From Octopus sinensis (lineage: Eukaryota), in contig NC_042999.1 in assembly GCF_006345805.1 (NCBI RefSeq), positions 163,370,001 to 163,434,000 on the forward strand: a DNA stretch of 64,000 bases, given 5' to 3'. The position numbers and the translations under genes were made by a program. Shown here piece by piece: positions 39,201 through 53,050 of this stretch (position 1 is its first letter; each line of letters starts with the position of its first letter). The notes beneath the pieces are model-generated. The model saw nothing but the letters and a program-made list of their open reading frames with translations, did not search any database and had not been told where the DNA came from.

Positions 39201-40085
39201 CATTGAGATTTTCACGATGCATAGTACAGGTGATTGAGATCTGTAATATCAACATCATTAGCTGAAATTATATCCTTAAGTGCAAGGTGGAGTTGACCAA
39301 TTATTTTCAGGTTTTGGTTAGAATTGCAAATTTTTGGGAAAGTGTCATATTCATTCATTCCTGTTTCTTTAATCTTCATCCATTCAATCATGATTTGATT
39401 TTTTCCGTGCCGGTGGCACATAAAAAGCACCATCCGATCGTGGCCATTGCCAGCCTCACCTGGCTCCCGTTCTGGTGGCACGTAAAAAGCACCATCCGTC
39501 CGTGGCTGTTTGCCAGCTCCGTCTGGCACCTGTGCGGGTGGCACGTAAAAAGCACCCACTACACTCACGAAGTGGTTGACGTTAGGAAGGGCATCCAGCC
39601 GTAGAAACATTGCCAGATCAGCCTGGGCCTGATGCAGCCTTCTGGCTTCACAGACCCCAGTTGAACCGTCCAACCCATGCTAGCATGGAAAGCGGACGCT
39701 AAATGATGATAATGATGATGATGATGATGATGTAGTTCTGTTGGGTCAATTTCTGTGTGACTTTCTTCATCTATTTGATTTTCATCAGACCTTGGTGTTT
39801 ATGGTCGGTTCAGAGAGTATTTCACTTTGCTTATCAGTTAGATTAACTCTTTCAATCATTATTGCATTTTCATCAGACCTGGGTTGGTTTATAATTATTT
39901 CCTCTGTAGTATCTTCTTTAGTTGCAACTTCCTTCCTTTTATCTCTTACTGATTGTTCAATTTGGTCAATCTCTACTTCAGTTAGTAATTTCTTTTCCAT
40001 AATGTTTCTTCTGACGTTGGCAAGTTTGTTACTGTCTATGTAGGGTCTCACTTCAGGGTGTTTCTGTCTCCAGTTTAAGTAGATT
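36265..40085 (-). mobile_element. Near full-length degraded R4/Dong-like LINE (interrupted by an RTE tail at 39403-39731)
   Basis: NYRLITCL, HFIYMDDLK (about 37950-37975), zinc knuckle, RLE motif RPDII..LIDMTIP..KLSKYKDL; (TAA)n-like 3' tail. Confidence 0.88.
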
Positions 40086-40429
40086 TGTACAGTATTAGAT
40101 TTATTTTATTTTATTTATATATTTATTTACTTATTATTTATTATTTGTTGTTGTTGTTATTATTATTCTGCTGAGGTTGACTTTGCCTTTCATACTTTTT
40201 GGGGTCAATGAGATAAGTACTAGTTATGTACTGGCCTCTCCACCCAGATTTCAGGCTTTGTGCCTATAGCAGAAAGGATTATTATTGTTGTTATTCCGCT
40301 GAGTTGACTTTGCCTTTTAGGGGTCAATAAAATAAGTACCAGTTGGGTACTGGAGTTGATGTAATTGACTTATCCCCTTCCCCAAAATTGCTGGGCTTGC
40401 TATCTGCAACCTACAGTACCATGCTATCT

Positions 40430-42060
40430 GTTCTTTTTAACTATGTAATACTTTCCTGATTATTCTGGCCAAGGAGGCAAGTTTTTCACAACAGCTCTAC
40501 TAGGCACTCTATTACCATTTCCTTCATAATTCTTCTTGATGCCTTCTGATACTGTCCCTCAGGACTCAACAATAATTGGCACTATCTTCACCCTTTTCAT
40601 TTTCCACAGTTGTGTTATCTTGTATTTAAGAGGATTGTATATGTCTATTTTTTCACCTTCCTTCTTCACTATTCATGGGTCAACAGGGCACACAACATCA
40701 ATTATAGAGCACGTGTGGTTCACTTTGTCTACCACCATTAGGTTCAGCTTGTTGTGCTCAAGCACCTGGTGTATTTGGATTGGGAAATCTCACAGGATTT
40801 TGCAAGTCTCTGACTCAGCCACTCTCTGTAACTTGTCTTCATACCACATGTTGCCTCTTTCTAAACCCCAATTTTCACAGTTTCCAATGCAGCACTTTTA
40901 CTTGTACAAATTTGCCACAATGGAGACATTTGCTTATTTCTAAGGCTGACCCTCCAATTTGTGGCCAAAGCTTGGTCTTGCACTGCCAGTACAGTGCTCT
41001 CAGTTTCTTTTTTCAGTGTTCCTTTCTTTGACCAGTCCTACCTATGTTCTCCAGCAATTTTAGTTACGCTTACATGGACTTTATTGTGTGGTCCCTTTTT
41101 TGCGTAGTGCTTCTTCATATCCTTCTTGTTTTGTTCTTTTCTTTTTTTCTGCTTTCAATATGCCCTCATCACTAACTGCCACTATCAAGGTTTCCTCACT
41201 TTGGGTAAGATATCTCAGCAAGTTCCCATGTTCAATATGCACACAGTCCACATTTATTAGCCCCCTTCCTCCATTCTCTTCATGTATAGGTGATCAATGT
41301 CTGAACCTTGATGATGAACTCCATGCATGGTTAGGAGCTTTCCTGTCCAACTCCTTTAGTCTATCCTCTGTCCACTTCAGAATTCCAGTTTCATACCAAA
41401 CCACTGTAATTGCATGTAAGTCTGCTGCCAAATTTATGTTATTAGCATCCAACCTTCATTCAAATATCTTTCTCAATCACCGTAGATACTTTTTCTTTGT
41501 CTTTTCTTTCATATCATTATGCTTATTTCCCTCTGCTGCAAGTATTCCCAAAGAGTCCTATTTCATCCCATTTTGATTTCATGCATTTTTGGAATCCCCT
41601 TCTATCATGTTCACTTCTGATCTAGCACTCAATTACAGTTTGGCTTGCCTCTTTGTCTCACCTTTTTCTGTTTCTGACTTTGAGCATAAGCACTTTCTGG
41701 ATGATGACTGGGCTTGTACTGCTCAACCACAGAGCACCTGCCAGGAAAAAGGCCTTTACCATTGGTTCCAGCTTCATTCACACTATTATTTGATACATTT
41801 GTATTGCACATTTTCACTTAATATTGAGTTTTGTGTTTTAAGGTTAGCCACCAACCAGTATTTTTATTGAGACACCATCTCTAGAAAGATTGCCAACCAT
41901 GACTGACAGGCTCTTACTAACCATAAGTTATTCCCTTTCTCATTTCTGAGTGTTGGGGAGCATGGGCACTTACTATTCTTATGATGTCCATGGTTCTCAC
42001 TGGGAAATAGATGACATCGGTTGGTCTCATATCCTCGTCCAACCATTACTCAGAAGCTGG
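40430..42060 (-). mobile_element. Degraded, internally deleted R4/Dong-like LINE
   Basis: Minus strand reads KILWDFPIQ..EHNKLN, KIVPIIVE and GGRGL motifs as in neighbouring elements. Confidence 0.65.
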
Positions 42061-42747
42061 CTATGAAGTTTTATCATCATCATCATCATTATTATCATCA
42101 TGATATGCTTTGCAATATTTGTTCTAATTCTTTACATTCTGAGTTCAAATCCCATAGAATTTGATAAAATAAGGTACCCACCAATATTACTATGCCTAAA
42201 TTAGAAACAATCATTATTGATCTTTCACCTATGTTAAAAACAATTATTATTATTCATTAGAGAAATCATTTTATTCATTATTTAAAAAAATTGTATATTT
42301 ATGTTGTACTTATGTGTTCTTATGATGGTATGTGTATTAGGAGTATGTATGTCTAAGCACCATCTGTTTGTGGACGTTGCCAGCCTCGCCTAGCCCCCGT
42401 GCCGGTGGCATGTAAAAGCACCATCCGATCGTGGCCATTTGCCAGCCTCGTCTGGCACCTGTGCCGGTGGCACGTAAAAAGTACCCACTACACTCATGGA
42501 GTGGTTAGCGTTAGGAAGGGCATCCAGCCGTAGAAACATTGCCAGATCAGACTGGGCCTGGTGCAGCCTTCTGGCTTCCCAGAGCCCGGTTGAACCGTCC
42601 AACCCATGCTAGCATGGAAAGCGGATGCTAAACGATATTGATGATGATGATATAGTGTAATGTAGTGTCTTTGTTGTCTTTGATTGATTCTCATCATCAT
42701 TATGCAACTTCAAATATGCCAAATATCTTTATTCTTTTTTTATGAAG

Positions 42748-42913
42748 TGAAAGGAAAGAAATCTATAGAATTGGTAAGAAAGTACAGAAGGAAGTTGGAG
42801 ATGTTACTATTTTAGTCAACAATGCTGGTGTTGTGATTGGGAAAAGTTTTTTGGAATGTCCAGATGAAGAAATTGAAAATTCCTTTCAAGTGAATACACT
42901 TGCTTACTTTTGG
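42748..42913 (+). CDS. SDR16C-family dehydrogenase, coding exon 2
   Basis: T-rich tract + AAG acceptor; AG+T=Ser, then [55 protein letters not shown] (NNAG motif); donor TGG|GTAAGT, phase 0. Below the ORF-track threshold. Confidence 0.93.
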
Positions 42914-43367
42914 GTAAGTTATACAACCGCCTTTATCAGACTTTTTTTTGTGTTTTTATTATCTGTTCTTAATTGTCCTCCCATTATTTGTGTCACATGA
43001 CCATGGATTTTAGAGATGTTTTTCAGCTTGCCACCCTGCACAACTCATGACAAGTTTCCCTCCTACCTGTCATGAGGAGAGATGGAAGAAAGGGAGACTT
43101 GAAAGACTTTTCTAATCTAAAGGTACACTAAAACAGGAATGTTGGTGATTTGCAACACCATTTCTAAAACTTTATTCAGTTAGCTATTGCTATACTCCTT
43201 TCTTTGCAATCAAAAGTATTATGTTTCACATTAAAATATATATCAGAAATAACATGCATACACTTGCACATGACACTAAATGACACACTATGCATACCAA
43301 AGAAGCATGAACAACACTGCACCCTGAGTGTACATTGCAGATAGCTGAAGCTGTTATTCTACCTATA

Positions 43368-43705
43368 ATACTGCAGGGAGACACACTCGCCCCATTTCTT
43401 TTCATCATTGTCGTTGACTACGTGCTACATATGTCAGTTGATACCATCTCTGGCAAGGGCTTTGAAATAAAACCTAGAAGAAGTTCCAGACACCCAGCTG
43501 AATACTTGACAGACACTGACTTTGCTGACGACATCGCTCTTAGTGATTCTCTCTTCAATGCCCAGTCTCTTTTACAATCTCTCGAACAAGCCTCAAATTG
43601 TGTAGGTCTTTACCTCAATGAGGCCAAGACTGAATATATAAACAAGTGCCTGTCCAACAGTGATTGCATCATCCATACTCTCAACAATGTGTCCTTAAAA
43701 TGCTA
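43368..43705 (+). mobile_element. RTE/RTEX-type RT fragment
   Basis: LQGDTLAPFLFIIVVDYVL..DTDFADDIAL..VGLYLNEAKTE. Confidence 0.8.
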
Positions 43706-44199
43706 CCTATAAGTGCATTCTTTGATTTACTTTAGGCTTGAGAGCTATTTCTCCTGATATCTTCCTAGGAAGCAGGCCTGAGAAAATAGTATGGAGTACT
43801 CCCAAGGAGGTTGTTCTTTATGCAGCTGTTCTCAGCTGTATACATCACATGGCTATCCTAGCACAGTCTTCTCTTTTGCACACTACATCTGATTCCTCTT
43901 ATACCCAATTTTTCTCTCAACATATTCACACTTTGTTGTACGTACACACTGGCATTGCACATCCAGGAAGAACATGCTAGATACATTTTTGTCAAGGCTT
44001 CACATCTACTTCTCTGTATTCACAGCCCATTTTTCACAACCATTTAACATAGCTGTTCATTCACAAGCATAATACAATCTGCCTTTTACTTAGGGGTAAT
44101 AGTTCTGTCAACTTTCCCCAGCCAGTTCTTTTTCTAGCATCTGTGTTTTTAGAGCATCTTCCTCAATTGCTAATTTGGACACCTAGGTAATAGAAACTA

Positions 44200-44593
44200 C
44201 GTGGAGGCGCAATGGCCCAGTGGTTAGGGCAGCGGACTTGCGGTCATAGGATCGCGGTTTCGATTCCCAGACCGGGCGTTGTGAGTGTTTATTGAGCGAA
44301 AACACCTAAAGCTCCATGAGGCTCCGGCAGGGGATGGTGGTGATCCCTGCTGTACTCTTTCACCACAACTTTCTCTCACTCTTACTTCCTGTTTCTGTTG
44401 TAGCTGTATTTCAAGGGGCCGGCCTTGTCACTCTCTGTGTCACGCTGAATATCCCCGAGAACTACGTTAAGGGTACACATGTCTGTGGAGTGCTCAGCCA
44501 CTTACATGTTAATTTCACGAGCAGGCTGTTCCGTTGATTCGGATCAACCGGAACCCTCATCGTCGTAACCGATGGAGTGCTTCCATCCCATCC
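44200..44593 (+). mobile_element. tRNA-derived SINE, family 2, subtype B, nested in an old minus-strand RTE (about 43780-45060)
   Basis: 11-bp TSD AATAGAAACTA. Confidence 0.9.
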
Positions 44594-45070
44594 AATAGAA
44601 ACTATCTACTACCTCAAAGAATCCTCCTGGACATCTGAGGAAATCTATTTCCTGTGTGGTTTTAGTTTTTATTGTTCCTGCATATTTACCATATATAAAG
44701 ACTACTTTCTCTGTTAACCTTCCTGTGATTCCACTGCACCTCAGTAGCTAAAACGGCACACGCTTTATGGAACTTCTTCCTACACATTTCCTACATATCA
44801 AGCAGAGCTATTTCCTTGAAGAAGTTAATAGTCTGTCTGCTTTCCTGCTTACGAGGTCTTTAGGCTTTGCAATGTCAACTCTTAGGTCCTTTGATTCCAA
44901 GGTTTACTTCCACACCTGAAATTTCTTCTCTAATTCTACTAATTATAGATTTAGCCACAAGGACAAGGTCATCAGCGTAGAGGAGCTCCCATGGACACAC
45001 AAACTTAAATTCCTGTTATGGCCTGGAGGACTTTGATAAATAAAAGGGGGCTGAGAAATAAATGTATATA

Positions 45071-45383
45071 TTGGGTCATCCTGTAAATAATGCGTTTTTT
45101 TTATATACTTCTTTTATTTTTCAAAACTAAGTTAAACATAATTCTTTTTTAATCTAAAATATACTCTCCTTCATTTTCTACAATGCTCTTCCATCTATCT
45201 GATAGACTAGAAAAAATTACTCTTAAAATAGAACTGCACTCTTCAACACTTGCACTAAGAATAAGTACAAGGAAAAATTACTACCTGATTTTATAGCAAG
45301 TTGATGCAGGTAGTTTATCCTGACCCCCTCCAGCTTTTAGTTCATGCAATTGAATAAACCACATTATTTATGGGATGACCCAA
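45071..45383. mobile_element. Tc1/mariner MITE
   Basis: TIR TTGGGTCATCC..TAAATAATG / CATTATTTATGGGATGACCCAA; TA TSD. Confidence 0.85.
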
Positions 45384-45822
45384 TATACACATATGCATAT
45401 GTGTGTAAACTATTTTACTTATAAAATGTACATGCACACATGTAGGTGCAGATGTGGGTGTGGTGTAAGATGCTTGCTTCCCATGGTTCTGGGTTCAGTA
45501 CAACTGAGTGGCACATTGGGTAATTTTTTTATACTTATTGCCTTATGAGTGGATTTGATAGATAGAAACTTAAAGAAGCCTGTTATAGCTTGTCAAACCA
45601 AGTGAGAGCATAGTTGTGGCAAATGCTGGTGTCACATAACTGGCATCTGTGCTGGTGGTATGTAAAAAGCACTCACTACACTCTTGGAGTTGGTATTAGG
45701 AAGGAAATCAAACTGTAGAAATTAGACTGAAACCTGGTGCAGCTCCCCAGTTTCCCAGTTTTCAATCAAACCCATGCCAGCATGGAAAACGGATGTTAAA
45801 CAATGATGATGATGATGATACA

Positions 45823-46228
45823 GGTGCAGGAGTGGCTGTGTGGTAAGTAGCTTGCTAACCAACCACATGGTTACGGGTTCAGTCCCACTGCGTGGCATCT
45901 TGGGCAAGTGTCTTCTGCTATAGCCCCGGGCCGACCAATGCCTTGTGAGTGGATTTGGTAGACGGAAACTGAAAGAAGCCTGTCGTATATATGTATATAT
46001 ATATATGTATGTGTGTTTGTGTTTGTCTCCCTAGCATTGCTTGACAACCGATGCTGGTGTGTTTATGTCCCCGTCACTTAGAGGTTCGGCAAAAGAGACT
46101 GATAGAATAAGTACTGGGCTTACAAAGAATAAGTCCCGGGGTCGATTTGCTCGACTAAAAGGCGGTGCTCCAGCATGGCCACAGTCAAATGACTGAAACA
46201 AGTAAAAGAGTAAAAAGAGAAAAGAGTA
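45823..46228 (+). mobile_element. tRNA-derived SINE, family 3 (central TA/TG microsatellite, AGTAAAAG tail)
   Basis: TGGCTGTGTGGT A box, GGTTCAGTCCC B box; homologous to 50718-51110 and 54226-54625. Confidence 0.88.
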
Positions 46229-47346
46229 ATATATATCTGTGTGTCTTGATAACTGGTATTGGTTTGTTTATGTCTCCATAACTTTGTGGTTTGGCAAAAG
46301 AGACTGATAGGATAAGTACCAGGCTTAAAAAGGGTTGATGTGTTTGACTAAACCTTTCAAAGCAGTGCCCCGTCATGGCTGCAGTCCAATGACTGAAACG
46401 AGTAAAAGATAAGAGACAAAAGATATGTGTATACATGTATGTGCTGTATATTTTTAAGGTTATCACAGCAAGAAATCAACTGACTAATCAAATAATAAGT
46501 AGCTTTACAATACTTATCTTATTAACCTACTTAGATTGTAGTATATTTACATTTTCAAAATGTTATATTATTGTACATGCACACACACATAAATGTACAC
46601 ACCTATGAACATTTGTATCCTTTACACATTATTATTAGCACTAAGTTCATAGCAAGGCAAATTTGTGACACAACTTTGATTTTCTTTTGGATAATTTCAC
46701 AAACATCACAACTTTCCTTTAAAATTTTCAACTTTATGCTTAAATAAGAAACAAATATCAGATATATTTATTTCAATCAAGTGTGATATGCAATTAAGCA
46801 TCATGTCTTTATTCCCTGATATTAGATGTTATGTACATCAGTTTGAGACTAAAAGAGCAACAAACCACAGATAGAGCTCATATCTATCTGTTGCTAGGTA
46901 ACTACATTACTAATTATACTACAAAGCTATTCCATCTCTTCAAAGTAGATGTTTTACAATCTTGGTATTTTGACTTTTGGCCTCCCAATCATTAGATCAT
47001 GGGTTGTGTTCCTGCCTCGGGTGGTTCACCATTTCAGGTTGCTCCAATTCACTCACCTGAATATGAATGTCAGCAAGAACAGCAACAGCTGGGAGTGAGC
47101 TCTGTAATGGACTGATGTCCTCTTTGAGGAAGTTTCTTGTGCTGTCAGTCACTTAAATGACCTCCAAACCAGGATAATCTCTGGATAATGAGCCTATAGG
47201 CATGAGACTGACTTTATCTTTATTAATGATAAAATTTATTTTCACTATAGGGTAAGATAATTTAATCCCCACAAAATAATTATCTGGTGGATGTATATTA
47301 TTAATATAATTTCCTCCTAGCTTAAAAATAATTGTTCCTAGTTTAA

Positions 47347-47566
47347 CCCTTTCATTACTGTATTTATTTTGAGATGCTCTGTGTTTCTTTCAATTACTTT
47401 AAATACAACAAAGAATTTACTAAAATAACTTAGTTATCATTCAGCTAGTGTTAGGAACATAAATTGTGACCAAGGTTTGGTGGAAGATTTTAATTCAAAA
47501 CTTCTGAAAACAAGACATTTGTATTCAGAGCCAGAGCCGGTTTCAGCTGGGCTGGTAATGAAAGGG
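47347..47566. mobile_element. piggyBac-type MITE
   Basis: TTAA|CCCTTTCATTAC ... GTAATGAAAGGG|TTAA. Confidence 0.85.
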
Positions 47567-47784
47567 TTAAATCCAGTCTGGTATAATATAAATGTTAAAA
47601 AAATTTAACCATCAGTGATCATTTATTATAATTTTATTACCACATATTAAATGTTAGTCTCTTTCTCTGTTTTTCTTTATTGAATGATGTACTGTCCTTC
47701 CATGGAACCCTTTTCACATTTAAATCTCATGTAATATGTCATTCTTTTTCATTCAGTTTCTCTGTATGCTTTGTTTGCTGACAG

Positions 47785-48029
47785 ACTATAAAAGTATTTC
47801 TACCAAAAATGATTGAGAAAAACTATGGGCATATTGTGAACATGTCAAGTTCTTTGGGCCTAACAGGAATAAATAAGTTAACTGATTATTGCTCTACAAA
47901 ATTTGCTGTGGTTGGCTTCAATGAAGTCTTAAGCTATGAACTTCAACATGACCAGTGTGATGGCATTAAGACTACCCTGATTTGCCCACAGTGTGTCAAA
48001 ACACGTATGTTTGAAGGTTGTAAATTAAG
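47785..48029 (+). CDS. SDR16C-family dehydrogenase, coding exon 3 (catalytic site)
   Basis: CAG acceptor; TIKVFLPKMIEKNYGHIVNMSSSLGLTGINKLTDYCSTKFAVVGFNEVL..GIKTTLICPQCVKTRMFEGCKL; catalytic Ser and YxxxK (YCSTK); donor AG|GTAAGG, phase 2. Confidence 0.95.
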
Positions 48030-48732
48030 GTAAGGAAACATCTGTTGATATTTTGATTTATAAAAATGTGTGTGTGTGTGTGTATGTTGTTGTTGTTGTT
48101 GATGTTGTCATATGAATTTAGAAACTTTGAGAGGAAGTGAAATAATTCCTTTTTGGAATATCTATATGTATGTATCTATATATAGTTGTTTAAGAATCCA
48201 TAGTTCAGAAAAAATATGCACTTGTATATTTGTCAATAGAGTGGATATATTAACTGAAGTGTACAATATTATCCACTATGACTGACCTTATCAATTGGTT
48301 TTATGCTGGATATTTGACCAGATGTTAAATAGCAGCCCAGTTACATAATATTGCATGTTCATCAGGTATGGAAAAAGATATGGTGACGTTTGTTTTTGTT
48401 TTGTTTTTTTGGAGGTGAAAAACCACATCCAGTTTGCGAGCGCTCTGAGTAAAGACAATACAAACTAAATAAGGATTGTATTGAGAGTTACGTCTCTTGG
48501 CTTCAAAACAAAGAGTTTAAACAAAACATACACAAATCAAAATAGAGATACATGCACACACACACCCCCATTTCCTCTCTGCAATACCTTATACATATAT
48601 TATCCCTGCACACATTTTCAGAAAACTCTTGTAGACATACATCTCAGAGACCTTTGGGGCCAAAGGACAAAACTCTTGATGTAACCCTTCAGTTTGTTTC
48701 ATCTGTTTTCACAGCACCTACAAACCAGATGT

Positions 48733-49853
48733 GATTCCGGCACCAGTTCTGCATAGCCCCTGCCCATTCAAAGTACCTTGGATCCCAGAACATCTCGCTG
48801 TGCTTGAGGAGACCTGTCGAGTCAAGTGCATGTACATGAACATCGAAACAAATATCAATGGAAATAGTAGTTGTGAAGCACCATTCGCTCGTGGCCGTTT
48901 GCCAGCTCTGCCTGGCCCCGTGTTGGTGGCACGTAAAAGCACCATCCATTCGTGTTCGTTGCCAGCCTCGCCTGGCCCCGTGCCGGTGACACGTAAAAGC
49001 ACCGTCCGTTCGTGGCCGTTTGCCAGCTCTGTCTGGCCCCGTGTCGGTGGCACGTAAAAGCACCATCCGTTCGTGGCCGTTTGCCAGCATCGCCTGGCCC
49101 CGTGTCAGTGGCACGTAAAAGCACCATCCGTTCGTGTCCGTTGCCAGCCTCGGCTGGCCCCCATGCCGGTGGCACGTAAAAGCACCGTCCGTTCGTGGCC
49201 GTTTGCCAGCTCTGTCTGGCCCCGTGTCGGTGGCACGTAAAAGCACCATCCGTTCGTGTCCGTTGCCAGCATCGCCTGGCCCCGTGCCGGTGACACGTAA
49301 AAGCACCATCCGTTCGTGGCCGTTCGCCAGCTCTGTCTGGCACGTAAAAAACACCCACTACACTCGCGGAGTGGTTGGCGTTAGGAAGGGCATCCAGCCG
49401 TAGAAACACTGCCAGATCTGACTGGGCCTGACGAAGCCTTCCAGCTTCACAGACCCCAGTTGACCCGTCCAACCCATGCTAGCATGGAAAGCGGACGCTA
49501 AACGATGATGATGATGATGATGATGATACCTGTGCCGGTGGCACATAAAAAGCACCATCCGAACGTGGCCGATGCCAGTGCCGCCTTGGCTGGCTTCTGT
49601 GCCAGTGGCACGTTAAAAGCACCAACCGATCGTGGCTGATGCCAGACTCCCCTGGCACCTGTGCCGGTGGCACGTAAAAAGCACCCACTACACTCGCAGA
49701 GTGGTTGGCATTAGGAAGGGCATCCAGCTGTAGAAACACTGCCAGATCAGACTGGAGCCTGGTGCAGCCCCTGGCTTCCCAGACCCCGGTCGAACCGTCC
49801 AACCCATGCTAACGCGGAAAACGGACGTTAAACGATGATGATGATGATGATGA
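48733..49853 (+). mobile_element. Two head-to-tail RTE 3' UTR copies, the first with a 60-61-bp-unit array
   Basis: 48733-49527 and 49528-49853, each ending in (GAT)n; 5' part matches 16325-16460. Confidence 0.9.
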
Positions 49854-50029
49854 TAGCAGTGATTAGTCACCATATTTTTTTCATACTGGCTAGCTTTGAC
49901 GAGCGTGTGGTATTATGTAACTGTGCTGTTATCTAACATCCGGTTTAATATCCTGTGTGAAACCAATTGGTAAGACTGGCCATAATGGATATATAATGCT
50001 ATATAATACTGTACACTTATATATACATA

Positions 50030-50323
50030 CTAGCAGTATCGCCCGGCGTTGCTCGGGTTTGTAAGGGAAATAACTATATAACCATTTTTAGAGAGTTATA
50101 GCCAATAAATAGAAAAAAATGCATTAAAAATGGAAAAAAAATGATGGTAAATTTTTTTTTAAATCGTAGACTCATCGTAGACGCGCTAATACCCAGAAGG
50201 GCTCGATATGAATCACGACTATAAGATACCCGAATTTGGTTAAATTGCACCGCAAAATGTGGGAGTAGTTAGGAATTTAAATCATAGGAGACAGACACAC
50301 AACTTCACTTTTATATATAAAGA
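50030..50323 (-). mobile_element. Non-autonomous Helitron
   Basis: Same termini as 11831-12226; inserted at an A|T site. Confidence 0.9.
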
Positions 50324-50717
50324 TATGCACACACACACAAATGAAAAATACATATTGTGTACAGGACATCACCAATGAGTGAAAAATACGTAAACGCACT
50401 GAGAATATTTGAGAAAGAAAGGTGGATTTATGCTAGGTATCCTGCTAGAGAGGAAATATATAGTTACCCCATATTATATATAGGGGTGAGAATAGTTGAG
50501 ACGATAAAAGGAAGGCAGTGATGGAGTACCAGAGCAAACTCTCGACTCTCAAGGTGAGCTTAAAAGAGGGTACAGACAATGGGTATTGGAAGAGGAGGAG
50601 AGGGTGGATAATTTCACAAGAGTGTGAGTAGGGAGTAACATTTAAAGATGAGGTTAAAATGAATGTAGTGAGAGGTGACCAAGGATGGAGGTGTGATAGA
50701 AGGGAAATATCAGTATG

Positions 50718-51110
50718 GGCGCAGGAGTGGCTGTGTGGTAAGTATGGTTCCGGGTTCAGTCCCACTGCGTGGCATCTTGAGCAAGTGTCTTCTGCTATAG
50801 CCCCGGGCCGACCAATGCCTTGTGAGTGGATTTGGTAGATGGAAACTGAAAGAAGCCTGTCGTATATATGTATATATATATAAGTGTGTGTGTATATGTT
50901 TGTGTGTCTGTGTTTGTCCCCCTAGCATTGCTTGACAACCGATGCTGGTGTGTTTACGTCCCTGTCACTTAGCAGTTCGGCAAAAGAGACCGATAGAATA
51001 AGTACTGGGCTTACAAAGAATAAGTCCCGGGGTCGATTTGCTCGACTAAAGGTGGTGCTCCAGCATGGCCGCAGTCAAATGACTGAAACAAGTAAAAGAG
51101 TAAAAGAGAG
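50718..51110 (+). mobile_element. tRNA-derived SINE, family 3
   Basis: Colinear with 45823-46228. Confidence 0.88.
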
Positions 51111-51639
51111 ATGGAGAGGAATAAATTTAGAGATATAGGAGTGGTTCAGGAGGAGAAGAAGGAGTAGCAAGGTGTAGGAGTAGTGGAGATGGGTATATAA
51201 AGGTGCATAAGGGGCTATAAACAGTGGGACATGGTGGCAGATATGAAGGGGCATTGAGAATGATAGCAGAGAAGAGAGGTGTTAAGAATGGAATGTAGCA
51301 GAGGAGAGAGAGTAGTAGCTGAAGTTTACAGAAAGGAGGTGATTAGTAGAAATAGTGTGGGCATAGTTGATAATGAGAAATGAAAGTAGCTTGAGGAAGG
51401 GAAGTAGGGCAGTGACTGGAAGGGTGGGAATGGGATATGAGGGAAGTTGAAAAAACAGAATAAAAAAGATAAAGGAATTAAGGAAAAATATTGATGTCAA
51501 AAAAAAAAGGAAAGAAAAAAAGAAAGGAAAAATTTTAAATATGAAAAGACTTTCTTCACAGCAGCTGATTTTTCAAGGATGGTTAATTGTCCATAGGCTA
51601 TATTTTCTAGTTGGCTAGTATATATCTGTCTGTGAGAAG

Positions 51640-51950
51640 ACATCTTGTAAAGATTTGATTTTTAGAATCGAGAGAAGCATTAGGAAAGCTTTGTAGAATT
51701 TGTGTCTTCTCACTCAAATTTTCTTAGAAAAGCCAGATATTACAACTCTTGGCCGTTACAATCTGCCAATAAGGCAGATGGGGAACAAGTTCGTATCTAC
51801 AATCACGAATTGTTGCCACGACAACCACTGAGGTGTGGGCTGGAGCATTGTCGTGATGAAAAAGGACTCCTCTGGTGAGCATTCCTGGCCTTTTTTCTTT
51901 GATTGCTTCCTGGAGGCATTAGGGTAACTGAGAATAATACAGCCCTGTCT
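51640..51950 (-). mobile_element. mariner transposase fragment
   Basis: Minus strand HHDNAPAH motif at about 51835-51858. Confidence 0.65.
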
Positions 51951-52538
51951 TGGCTCTGTTTATTTAGGATTTTGGATTTTCAGTACTCAGTGTGATGTCA
52001 CAGTTGATTCTTTCTATCTTTCAAAGACAATATTTGGCCAGCTATTATCATGGTTGTCCATTTGTCCAGATGTTTGAAATAGAATCACATCTTCAATTAG
52101 CTTCTGTTATACCTATATAATGTTTTTTTTCTCTCTCTCTTTATTGTTTGATTCAGCATAGCTGATGTCCTCTGCATCATAAATGACTGGCATGATGTTG
52201 CATGCTGATCTACAGGGTATTCATCTTCCCTTCAATAAAAACATCCAATAAGCATGGATTTGGATATTATGATTGATTTCATATTGGGAGTGTTGGGGTA
52301 GCTGATTTTCAACAGTACAAGCATGACAAAATGTTTGTTATAATAATGGTAGTAATGGAGGTTGGAATGTATATCCACAATGATTTTTTTTTTCTTGGTA
52401 CAAGCTTCACAAAACAATCATTAAACAGGTGGTGATGTTGGCTTTGGTTGGGACATATATCCAAAGTGGGTTTTTGCCCATTATATATGTTAAGTCTTCA
52501 TCTACTACTCTCTTTGTTACATTTTCGCCTATAACTTA

Positions 52539-53050
52539 CCATAAATTCTCGAGTATAGTCCACCCTTGAGTATAATACGCAGGGAATTTTAGGGGGCTGT
52601 ACCTCTGAAAAGCCTAAACCTTATGTATAATACGCACCCCTTCTCTAACTTGAGTCAAGGAGGTCTATATAACGTCCTTGGTTTGTAAAAATGTATACGC
52701 TAACGTCCTTTATTATTATTGTATATATAACATAATGCAAATGTGTAGCTTTTTTGTGCATTTTGTTTGCAGAAAATAAAGAAATAAGAGTAATAACGTT
52801 TATTAAATGTTGCTTACTGTAAGTTATGGATGATTCTTTTATGACTTAATTTGCTTTCAGGCTTAGCTTAAGGTATTTTCGCGCTCGACATCACAAAATG
52901 CGTCTGAATAAAAATTGCTAGACAGCAAATAGAGACTCAGACATTGCTTAGAAAGTAATTTTCATTTTTAACCTCGTATATAGTACGCACTAAGGGTTTT
53001 GACCTTTAAATTTTTTGGGGAAAATGCGGATTATACTCAAGGATTGACAG
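52539..53050. mobile_element. pogo/Tigger-type MITE
   Basis: Imperfect TIR CCATAAATTCTCGAGTATAGTCC / GGATTATACTCAAGGATTGACAG; TA flanks. Confidence 0.7.
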
